A stretch of DNA of 49,604 bases from Octopus bimaculoides. Taxonomy: Eukaryota. Position 1 is the first letter of the stretch, and every line of letters starts with the position of its first letter. Below are positions 13,303 through 23,329 of the stretch, in pieces. The stretch lies in NCBI RefSeq assembly GCF_001194135.2, contig NC_068996.1:36677006-36726609 (forward strand). The letters run 5' to 3'. The translations under genes and the position numbers were made by a program. The notes beneath the pieces are model-generated. The model saw only the letters and a list, made by a program, of their open reading frames with translations, was not told where the DNA came from and made no database searches.

Positions 13303-13688
13303 CACTGACATTACCCCATTGATTTCAAAGGAAAAAAATCATAGATTCTTTGAATTCAAAAGGTTTACTGGATCTATTTATGTGAATCTGTTTACAGGTT
13401 CATTCCATCAGACAGATGTAATGTTGCCAGAAGAAAAATTTCTGTCATAATAAGGAACATGTTTTTATATACTTTTTACTTATGTCTTATGAGTCCTCAA
13501 TACCTCTAAGAATTTCATTTTCACCCCATTTTGCTAACCCCTGCACTAAAAGAATCTGACAAAACCAATGTAAAAATAGGGTCATCACTTAAACCAGAGG
13601 CTTCCAAACTGTATGTTGTAACACTTTGACTTGTTGGGGAATGAAGCTAAATCTAATTAGTTTTGTTGAGAAAATTTGGCCATGAGAT

Positions 13689-13916
13689 TTAACCCTTTAG
13701 CATTCAAACTAGCCATATCCAGCCAAAATATCCTGTCCATTTTATTATCAAACTGGCCATATCCAGCCTTTCATACCTTCTCTACAATGTCATTGTAAAA
13801 ATGAACAATCACATCATTTGATTTTCAAAACTACAAGACAATGCATGATTAATTCAAAATGATGCGAATAAACAAGCCTAACATTTGACAGAGTAATGTG
13901 AATGCTAAAGGGTTAA
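13689..13916 (+). mobile_element. piggyBac-type MITE, family 1
   Basis: TTAA|CCCTTTAGCATTCA...TGAATGCTAAAGGG|TTAA. A TTAA TSD with CC...GG termini is diagnostic of piggyBac. Confidence 0.8.
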
Positions 13917-14219
13917 GTGAGATTAAATGACTGTGTATGATTGGTCACATCTCTAGTGACATGTGATGTAATTATTGAATTACAGACAAAATTTAATAAA
14001 TGTATCATGAAAAAATTAATTTTTGTAAATTGTGTTACCAAAGTGGTGAGTTTGGAAAGCTGTGGTGTAAATGTGCTATTCAACATGAGAGAGAGAGAGA
14101 TTTAGAAAATATTATGAAAGAAGAATCATTCTCATGAAAGGTCAAAGACATATACCTGCAAACTTTGAAGAAATCTCGACCATTTTAAAAAAAAGAGAAG
14201 GATTTAAATGGTAAAATAC

Positions 14220-14440
14220 CTTGAGATAAAGACGCTTCTGCTTCCGCTTCTCTCCGTCGTCGAGCCATACGTTGTTTATCTTCTAACATAACTTTTACTT
14301 TATTGGCCTCTTCCCACCGACCATCTTCCATCAAACGTTGGTCAGGTCGATTTCGGGAATCTGTAGATGCTACATTCTCTTCGGGTTCATTTAATTCAAG
14401 AGCCAATTGAGTAAAGTAATACATACGCTCTGACCCATTT
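14220..14440 (-). CDS. OSBP: OSBP exon I (ORD C-terminal part), 221 nt, phase 2 to 1
   Basis: cttgacag|AAATGG...CAAG|gtattt. Translates NGSERMYYFTQLALELNEPEENVASTDSRNRPDQRLMEDGRWEEANKVKVMLEDKQRMARRRREAEAEASLSQ, with the conserved TDSRxRPDQR motif. Confidence 0.95.
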
Positions 14441-15173
14441 CTGTCAAGTGGAAAGAAATATATCGTGTTGAAAGAGAGAGAGAGAGAGGACGGGACGGGG
14501 TGGAGGAAAGAAATATCAAAATGTGAGAAATGATACTTTAAATTTAAGCAAGAAAAAAACAGAATCACTTCTTTGAATAGCGAATGTATTGCTATTTGTA
14601 TAGAGCATCTTGCATGTATTTGAGTCAATGATTAATTCAACATAATGACAATGTTATTAACAAAATTAGAACAAATTTATACTAAGGTAATGTAATTAAC
14701 AAAAACGTTATTCAACAGCTTACAATAGAATTTGGTCCAAATTAGTGCTGGATGCATAAGAATTCATATATGATAACCTGGTCCTGCAAAGTAAAGTTAC
14801 TTTGGCGGCATCTCTAATATGCTTTAATCTTCACTGCACCAATTAAAGTTTTGCAGGTGATTTAACATGCTGGTCATATGCAATTCACTTTCCATAGCCT
14901 CTTTCTATTGGCCAGTAAAAATAAGATGTGCGTACTATGTAATACGAAATGTGGAGTATTCCAAAAGTACCCCACTATCAAAAATCTGTTAGCTTGGATA
15001 ATGTGCCTCAGTTGCACATGCATGAAACCAAGATATACTCAGTTCCCATTCAGCGAGGAATAAATTTTATTAATTCAGTGGTTAAGAGTACAAATCAACT
15101 TTCTCAAAATTGGAGTGTTGAGCAACCAGAAATATAAAAAAGATATTTTACATGATTAGAAGAAGATACTTAC

Positions 15174-15340
15174 GGAGGAGGCCGGCGTTTCCATACATAT
15201 CTATGAGGGCCAGTCTCAAAAACAGGTTTTCCTTTTGACTCATCAACATTAATAACCTGAGCTCCTTCCATTTTATCGTCCCAAGTTCCTGTTAAAACCC
15301 ACTGAGCTTTCCCTGAGCTATTTGTAACCACTCCAGTAAC
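15174..15340 (-). CDS. OSBP: OSBP exon H (ORD), 167 nt, phase 0 to 2
   Basis: ttcttgtag|GTTACT...CCTCC|gtaagt. Translates VTGVVTNSSGKAQWVLTGTWDDKMEGAQVINVDESKGKPVFETGPHRYVWKRRPP(P), including the conserved GTWD motif. Confidence 0.94.
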
Positions 15341-15551
15341 CTACAAGAAATCACAAAATTGCCTTCAATAACACATACAGTATATCAAAGAATTTTCATG
15401 AATGGAAATAAATTAACAAATTCTTAGAGACAAAACCATTTAACTAAGTGTCGATAAGGTATGTGGTAAAACAGATACTGACTGACAAATCAACTAAACA
15501 ATCTATTTCAAGATTTAAGGTAAATATTATAAAAGCCTCTGTCCAAGAAAT

Positions 15552-15955
15552 TTAAACCCTTTTGATACCAATCCAGCTAAAAATTACCCCTGGTTCTTTG
15601 ATATAAACGTCTTGTGTTAAAGTGATCTACATAAAAACCTTCCATCAAAATTTCATGTTAATTTATGTTCCAAAAACCAGATTAATAACAACAAAGTTAT
15701 TTTACTCAATTCTGCATTCTTTCTGAAGTTAATTGAAACAGAGGTAATATATTTCAACCGAAAAAATGTAACAAAAGGGTTAAAGTGATCTATATCAAAA
15801 TCTTCAATTGAAATTTCACATAAATTTATATTCCAGATGTCAGCTTAATAATGACCACGTTTTTTACAAAAAAAAAACTAAATTTCGCATTATTTACGAG
15901 ATTAATTGAAACAAAAGCTGTGTATTTCAACAGAAATATGGTAACCAAAGGGTTT
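15552..15955 (+). mobile_element. piggyBac-type MITE, family 2, plus adjacent partial duplicate
   Basis: CCCTTTTGATACC...GTAACAAAAGGG|TTAA (to 15783), followed by a diverged repeat of its 3' two-thirds ending GGTAACCAAAGGGTTT. Confidence 0.6.
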
Positions 15956-16494
15956 ACATCAAATTATAAATATACCATGACTATAAATTCATTCTAATTA
16001 CTACCACACTATTCATAAGGTGAATGACTATAATTTCGAGGTATGGCAGCTGAAATAGGTATTATTTTAGATTCTTAACCTGGAAAAAATTAATGATCTG
16101 ACGAAGATAGGAGAAATTCAAATAGCATGCAAGGGTTTATTCCATGCTGTTATACATATGTTAATTTGATATTGATTTTGTGGATTCTTCACCACCACAA
16201 CTATGGCAATAATGATTTCTTACAAGCTATAATAAGAACAGTTTCACTTTATTATCAACAAAAAGGGACTAATGTTCATTATATGTATTGATCTTCAATA
16301 AAGCTTGCAGAATATCAGAACAAGGGAATTCTAATACTGAATGCAGGTCTTTTGTCAGACAAGAAAATAAAGAAAATTCTTCTCCAATGAAGGGTCTGGC
16401 TGGAAATTACAGAACACATCATAGAATGTAAATTTTTTCCACCTTCTATAGAGGTAGTAGTATCAGGAGCAGCAGCTTAGGACAAAGTCTGAGA

Positions 16495-17272
16495 TTTGGA
16501 TGAGGTCAGTGTCAGTCAATTACACTGACCCCAGTATTTGACTGGTACTCTAATTTTAATGACCCTTGGAAGGATGAAAAGCAAAGTTAACCTATGCAAT
16601 ATTTGAACTTACAACACAGAGTACCACAACTAAAATCTGCAACACATTTTGTACACTGCTCTAATAATTCTGCTATTCTATAACTCTTACAATGCCAATA
16701 GTTATTTGTAATGTAGGCAGAAAGTCAGCAATTTTGAGGGGAATGAGTTGAGCTGATATCATGAAACCTAGTACTTAAACAGTACTTTATTTTACCCCCC
16801 CCCCCCNNNNNNNNNNNNNNNNNNNNNNNNNNNNNNNNNNNNNNNNNNNNNNNNNNNNNNNNNNNNNNNNNNNNNNNNNNNNNNNNNNNNNNNNNNNNNN
16901 NNNNNNNNNNNNNNNNNNNNNNNNNNCCATCCCTTCCAAAAGACGACTAGTTAAGTTGACATTAATAGGGTTTCAATTCAGAATGTAAAGAGCTGGAAGA
17001 AAAACTGCAAAAGCATTTGGTTCAACAATCCAATGACTCATATTGTGATACAAATAATAATCCTTTCTACTTAAGGCACAAGACCCGAAATTTGGGGATA
17101 AGGACTAGTTGATCACATCAACCCCAGTGTTTCACTGGTACTTATTTCATTGACCCCGAAAGGATGAAAGGCAAAGTCGACCTTGGAAGAATTTGAACTC
17201 ACAACGTAGTGACAAGCGAAATACTACAAAGCATTTCGTCCAGTGTGCTAACGATTCTGTCATTTCGCCGCC

Positions 17273-17305
<33 letters not shown>

Positions 17306-17740
17306 GTAATAATGGTCTCTGATTTAAGCACAAAGCCAGCAGTTTTGAGGGGATGGGGTAAGTCAATTACGTCGATCCTATTATTTGACTGGTGCTTATT
17401 GATTAACCTCGAAAGGATAAAAGGCAAAGTTGAGATTGGCAGAACGGAACTCAGAATGCAAAAATGAATGAAATGCTACTAAGTATTTTGTCTGGTGTGC
17501 TAATGATTCTGCCAGCTTGCTGTTGCTGCTGCTGCAGAAACAACAACAATCCTTTCTACTGTAGGCACAAAGGCTGAAATGTTGGGGGAAGGGCTACTTG
17601 AATACAATGACCCCCAAAAGGAAGAAAGGCAAAGCTGGCCATGGCAGAATCTGATCTCAGAATGTAAAGACAGATGAAATGCCTTGAAACATTTTGTCTG
17701 TCTACTGTGCTAACAACTCTGCCAGCTCAATACCTTAATA
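16495..17740 (-). mobile_element. Tandem chain of at least 5 tRNA-head SINE copies (family A)
   Basis: Repeated ...GAGTTCAAATTC...CTTTGCCTTTCATCCTTTCGGGGTC...GTACCAGT body on the minus strand with (AAT)n/(AAC)n linkers. Contains an N gap. Confidence 0.75.
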
Positions 17741-17897
17741 ATAATAGATTTTTGACAATAACTAGCAAATACATAGATAAAAGAAAATATAATAGTTTTT
17801 GACCAACTCATGCCAGCAATGTGACAAGCGGATGTAAAATGATGATAATGATGATGATGATGAACCATTTACATTACATAGTAATAAGGCTAAATAC

Positions 17898-18097
17898 CTT
17901 GCGTGGTGTCTCCCTGCTAAAGTAACTATAGGCTGAATATTTCAAGTGACACTTATCACCAGTGGTATGATTGGTGATGTCCATTTCTCCATGGTTGTCT
18001 ACCCACAGACGACCAACAATGATATTATGTACTGTTGTGGTTACCTTTCGCCATGTGTAGTGGTCACCAGTCTTAGTGAACTCAAGATGGCTGATAC
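17898..18097 (-). CDS. OSBP: OSBP exon G (ORD), 200 nt, phase 1 to 0
   Basis: cattacag|GTATC...CGCAAG|gtattt. Translates ISHLEFTKTGDHYTWRKVTTTVHNIIVGRLWVDNHGEMDITNHTTGDKCHLKYSAYSYFSRETPRK. Confidence 0.96.
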
Positions 18098-18245
18098 CTG
18101 TAATGAGAAAATTTACAACTTTTATAAATGACTTCATGGCATTTAATTATTATCATTTATTATTATAAAGGACAATCATTTGTACACTCTAGAACTCACC
18201 CACCTGCCCCACTATCATTTCTCCAGATACAACTACAGTTAACTC

Positions 18246-18473
18246 TTAATCCTTTAGCATTTAAACAGGCCATATCTGACCCAAATAGTCTGCCTGTTTT
18301 AGAGTCAAACTGGACAGATCTGGCCTCTAACAACTACCCTATAATGTCATCCTAAAAATAAACAAACACATCATTGACATTTTAAAGCTGTGAGATAATG
18401 CATGATTAATTCAGAACAATGTGACTAAATAAAAATTACACTTGACAGAGTAATCTGAATGCTTAAGGGTTAA
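18246..18473 (+). mobile_element. piggyBac-type MITE, family 1
   Basis: Same TIRs and body as the 13689 copy. Confidence 0.75.
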
Positions 18474-18931
18474 AGACACTTTCTATGTTTTTATATTTAT
18501 AGCAGGGATTTTTCTAAAACAATTTTTAACATTTATGATACCAACCCATCGGAGACGACCACCTCTGATTTCAAGATTCAAGATCAATCAGTTTTAAAGT
18601 GTTCATATTCAAATTAAAATTATAACATCATAATTTTATGTAAGAAAATTACTGTTTTACAAATTGGCTTAATCTACCAATTAAACTAATATAAAAGTTG
18701 GTTAAATCTCTCAAAAATTCATTATCCTTTTCAGAATTAACCAAAAACACATACTTGGGCTGTATATTTCATTACAATTAAAAGTCTGTAAATGGTTAAC
18801 AGCAATGGTATTGAGACTAAAGATATTTTATTCATCAGTTCTCTACTATGAGAATTTTTGTTTTTTTAATTAACTAATTGATTACACAGTTATGTTTATA
18901 CAGTTCTATATTTAAGAGATGAGGAATTATT

Positions 18932-19289
18932 TACATCATATACATGTGACAGATATTTGTCCTCATCTGTTTGTTGTTAACACAACATTTCGGCTGATAT
19001 ACCTCCCCAGCCTTCATCAGGTGTCTTGGGGAAATTTCGAACTTGGGTTCTAATTTCTAAAGTATTTTTCGATATTATTAATATTATTATTATTCAGGTC
19101 ACTGCCAGGAATAATAATAATAATAATAATAACAACAACAGCAACAACATCGAAAAATACCTTAGGAATGAGAACCCATGTTCGAAATTTCCTCCAAGAC
19201 ACCTGATGAAAGCTGGAGGGTATATCAGCCAAAACGCGTTAACAACAAACAAGATGAGGACAAATATCTGTCAAATGTAAATAATGTAC
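18932..19289. mobile_element. Inverted-repeat element built from two Penelope-like termini (pLTR-derived)
   Basis: Arms of about 145 nt (roughly 85-90% identical by eye) in inverted orientation around an (ATT)n-spacer-(AAT)n centre. Each arm carries a hammerhead core; the right one is degenerate. Confidence 0.65.
18979..19025 (-). ncRNA. Minimal type I hammerhead ribozyme motif (Penelope-type)
   Basis: GACAC CUGAUGA A GGCUG-(11 nt)-CAGCC GAAA U GUU^GUGUU. Core boxes are intact, with a 5-bp stem II and a 5-bp stem I (GACAC/GUGUU). Activity is untested. Confidence 0.7.
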
Positions 19290-19915
19290 AGTTATGTTCC
19301 TTCCAAGGATTAGCACTAACTGCTACCCCATTCCCCTTAACAGTGTTTGAAACTTGTATAACAGTTGGATCTGACCCCAATGTTTTGCCACATAGTAATC
19401 ACAAGTTGATCATGTGAGCGAACCCAATTTCAGTCCAACCAATGGCAGTTGTTCACGTGATAATCCGGTTGCATGACTAGAACCTTCTGCCTACAAATGC
19501 AGCTCATTTGAGCGTGTAAACTTTAGAGTGATCTGATCCTTGGTAGGTTTCACTCTTGACACACAGCTGTTTTCACACCTACATATTTAACCTTATGCAA
19601 CACACCATAACATCTCAGCAACAAGAATATGCATTTATATGTAAAAATTAGCCCGAATGTTGAATTTCTGAAAAAGATTATCTGAACTTGCAATTGATGT
19701 CATTTCATCTGAATATTCCTCTTCTTGTATTGCATGAACAATTTTTGTATTAATGTAGCAATAGATAATGTTCATATAATTAAAACAGGTCTTCTCCCTG
19801 ACTACACTATACTTGCATTAGTCTAAGATTAGAAAATGGCTACTTCAAAGTGGAAGCAGCCTATCAACAACAATGAAATATACCAGATATATAAGGTTTT
19901 GGAAAAAAGACTTAC

Positions 19916-20033
19916 CCATGGGTATAATCTGAAGATATTTGCCACGGAATTTGCTCATCATTGTGAACTCCTGCCACAAGCGCCAACCCCTTCCTTCTGT
20001 ATACTGAGCACACATTGGAGGATGGTGACTTAC
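19916..20033 (-). CDS. OSBP: OSBP exon F (ORD fingerprint VSHHPP), 118 nt, phase 0 to 1
   Basis: tttatttag|GTAAGTCAC...CCCATGG|gtaagt. Translates VSHHPPMCAQYTEGRGWRLWQEFTMMSKFRGKYLQIIPM(G), completing the EQVSHHPP family signature with exon E. Confidence 0.95.
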
Positions 20034-21277
20034 CTAAATAAAAAAAAAACATCAGTGTTACTGCTAATCTCTTAAGAAACAACTGTTAGTCAACGATAAT
20101 GTAGTAAAATGCCCCTTCCTCCCTCCCCTTTTTCCTGACACTTCGGCTGCAATAGAATAGTTATGTTATCGGTTCATGGAATGAAAGTATTAGAAAGGCT
20201 GTTAAAGAGAATAAAAAGAAAGCAAAGATAGATGAAACACAGTTTGTATTTACAACAGAAAGAGGAACAACGGATGCAATTTTTATTACAAGACAGTTAC
20301 AGTAAGACAGAGACCTGAGTAACAAATTGGGTTTGTAGTTTTTTATATTTTTACTGCTTAGTCATAGGAAAGGGACAGTGTAACACTCATGATACTTTGT
20401 TCTTTTTTAGGGTCTTCAAGACTGGTAAAGTGAAGGGAAGAACTTATCCTTAAACCAAAGACCTGGCCCAAATGCGTGTACCCAAAGCCCAGGTAGTGAT
20501 GCTAAACTGGTTAATGGATAAAGTTTACCAACCAAGGAGACAGAGCACTGGCTTCAGCAAGTACCTTATGGTATTTGTTTCTAATCTTCTAACAATTCCA
20601 GCAATGCATTATTGCAGAATGGTGCTTTATTTTACCGAATTCCAAAAGGATAATAAATAGCAAAGTTGATCTTGTGGGTGCAGAACAAATACCAGAAGGT
20701 TTCAGCACGATTGCCCTTCCTAATGCCAATCACTCCAAGAGTGTAGTGAGTGCATTTTATATGCCACTGGCATGGGTGCCATTGACATGATACTGACATT
20801 GGCCATGCACTCAAATGGTGCTTTTTATGTGCCACTGGCACAGGTGCCAGTCAGCCGGCACTGGCATCAGCTATAGCTTCAATTCACTTGGCCTTATAGG
20901 TCTTCCAAACGTTTGAGGGGTGATTTTTATGTGGCAGTTACACGACATTGAAAAGGGAAAATGAACAAAAACTTCAAAAAATAGTTGAGATAATGTTGTA
21001 ATCCAATGTTGGACTGTTATATGTGCACTCCAGTATAGTTGTATAGTTAATTAGACGAGTATAATACAACTGTCCATGACTGACTTCTTGACATCACAGT
21101 ATTTGTAATGTCTAGCACATACCACTTGTGAGGGAGGAGTGTTCTATTATTATTATTATCATTATCCCCATAACATATAATCCCGCCACTCCAAAAAAAA
21201 AAATACATGCATGTGTGAGTACATATATGTGCGTGTGTGTATATATATATATATAAATAAATAAATATAAATACAAC

Positions 21278-21523
21278 CTGCTCTGCAAGTGCTCTCCATC
21301 CATAATCATCAGTGCGATCACACTCATAAGTCTCTCCAAGCAATGGGTTGAAAGGCTTGCTGGTACGGTTGGTAGTAGTGGAATAAGAAGAGATGGTAAA
21401 AGCGGCCACATATGCCATCTGTTCAGCAGATAATTCACAGCGTGCTGCCTGGTCAAGGCACTCAGAATATTCAAAGTCTTCAGTAAGTCGTTGTAACATT
21501 GAAAGCGGCTCATTAAAATTAAC
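21278..21523 (-). CDS. OSBP: OSBP exon E (ORD), 246 nt, phase 0 to 0
   Basis: ttggcag|GTTAAT...GAGCAG|gttgta. Translates VNFNEPLSMLQRLTEDFEY...RTSKPFNPLLGETYECDRTDDYGWRALAEQ. Confidence 0.96.
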
Positions 21524-21670
21524 CTGCCAAGAGAAAATACAAATTAAACATAATTACAATCAAACAGGCTCTATATTTTTGTTTTTGGTCTTTTTTTTTA
21601 GGTATAGTAACAAATAAAAAGAACGTGTCAGAGAAAACAGAAGATATGAAACAGTGGTAACACAACTTAC

Positions 21671-21868
21671 AGGCATGGGGATTTTAGAAAGCTCTTTGCC
21701 AATACAATTTTTCATAATGCTCCATAAATTCAGACTATAGTTTGGTCGTTCCAATATAGCTTTCCGACGAACCCTTGGGCGTTGTCCTATACTACTTTCA
21801 CTGATAGAGCTTTGCCTGTTTTTGTCTTGACTGGCATTTCTTCGGTGTGAACATTTAGCACCATCTTT
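21671..21868 (-). CDS. OSBP: OSBP exon D (linker and start of ORD), 198 nt, phase 0 to 0
   Basis: cttacag|AAAGAT...ATGCCT|gtaagt. Ends RPNYSLNLWSIMKNCIGKELSKIPMP, the conserved OSBP/ORP4 ORD lid region. Confidence 0.95.
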
Positions 21869-21888
21869 CTGTAAGACAAGATGTACAG

Positions 21889-21891
<3 letters not shown>

Positions 21892-21939
<48 letters not shown>

Positions 21940-21953
21940 GAGAGACAGAGAGA
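21892..21953. repeat. (GA)n microsatellite, read as (TC)n just upstream of the exon D acceptor
   Basis: Seen directly; ends about 22 nt from the AG at 21869-21870. Confidence 0.9.
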
Positions 21954-22847
21954 AATATATAGCTACAAGGTTGATTACTACAATATATAATCATCATCAC
22001 AACATTCTTTCATGAACTCTATAAAAGTTTACAGAAATCATCATCATTATCAACAACACCTAACATCGGGTTTTCTTTGGTAGCATGGGTTGGATGGCTT
22101 GACAGGAACTGGCAAGGCCAGAGACCGCACCAGGTTCCATAGTCTGTTTTGACTTGGTTTTTATGGCTGGATGCCCTTCCTAATGCCAACCACTTTACAG
22201 AGAGAACTGGGTGCTTTTTACGTGGCACCAACAACCACATCAATGCTTTTTACATGGTGCCTTGGGTTTAGGCCATCAAATCTTTTGTGGTAGGAAGGTC
22301 TTTCTGAGTACAGCAATTCACTGTATATCTCACCAAATACACACATGCATAAATAAAACTCTCAAAAGTTTATTTCATATTTTAAGTATCCTCAGTGATC
22401 ATGATAAGTCTTTTTTAGAAATCTGTAATCCTCCATTTACGTAATCCTTTCCAATCAGTCAGTATTGACTGTTATCATCAAAGACAAGTCTTTGATGATA
22501 ACACTTCCTTGCACTAATTGATTAATTTGACAAGGAATGAGGAGCAAATGATTTATGTTACCCAGTGGTGGTGGTGGTGGTGGTGGTGGTAGTGGGGATA
22601 AGGAGGACGAACCTGCACATTTTAAACTCTGAGATTTAAAAAAATCAAATATAAATATTAAAAAGCAGATTTAAGATCATTATGGTTTAATATCTGTTTT
22701 CTACGCTGGCATGAGCCGGATGGTTTGACAAGAGCTGACCAGACTCCAATTGTCTGTTTTGGCATGGTTTCTATAGCTGGATGCCCTTCCCAATGCCAAT
22801 CATTTTACAGAAAGTACTGGGTACTTTTTTACATGCTACTGGCATGG

Positions 22848-23035
22848 GTGCTTTTATGTGACACCAGCACAAGTGCATTTTACAGGTCACCAATATGAGT
22901 GCATCTTATGTTGCACTGGCACAAATGCACTTTATATGCCATCAGTACAAGTGCACTTTATGTGGAACCAGCACGAGTGCATTTTATGAGACACCAGCAC
23001 AAGTGCATCTTATTGGCACTGACACAAATGCATGT
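22848..23035. repeat. About 26-bp degenerate minisatellite within a SINE
   Basis: About 7 units resembling TTTTATGTGACACCAGCACAAGTGCA. Confidence 0.7.
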
Positions 23036-23184
23036 TACACAATGCATTTTTTTAATGATACCAATTTTTATAACCTTCCAACAGACATAAATGTAGCAAA
23101 GAAAGATGTTTACAGTTCTTGTAGAATCTTTCTAACTTGGACTAATATTCTGCAGAAAATATCAGAAAAACGGTCAATACTTAC

Positions 23185-23329
23185 TGAAGTTGTCCTCTTA
23201 GGTGAAGATTCTGATTTAGCACAAACAACTCTAGCCTCTTTGGTATTATCTTCCCCATCTGATTCTGATGAACTTTGTGGCTCAAGGACTTGATCCAAAC
23301 TGTCAATGCTAACACCACTGCCAGTTCTC
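23185..23329 (-). CDS. OSBP: OSBP exon C (Ser-rich linker), 145 nt, phase 2 to 0
   Basis: gtttccag|GAGAACT...ACTTCA|gtaagt. Translates RTGSGVSIDSLDQVLEPQSSSESDGEDNTKEARVVCAKSESSPKRTTS. HRRTGSGVS matches mammalian HKRTGSNIS. Confidence 0.88.

Noticed and set aside
19198-19240. Functional hammerhead in the right arm of the Penelope-type repeat
   Set aside because: The catalytic G12 is mutated (GAAA to AAAA), stem II has a mismatch, and the cleavage/stem I strand is partly deleted.
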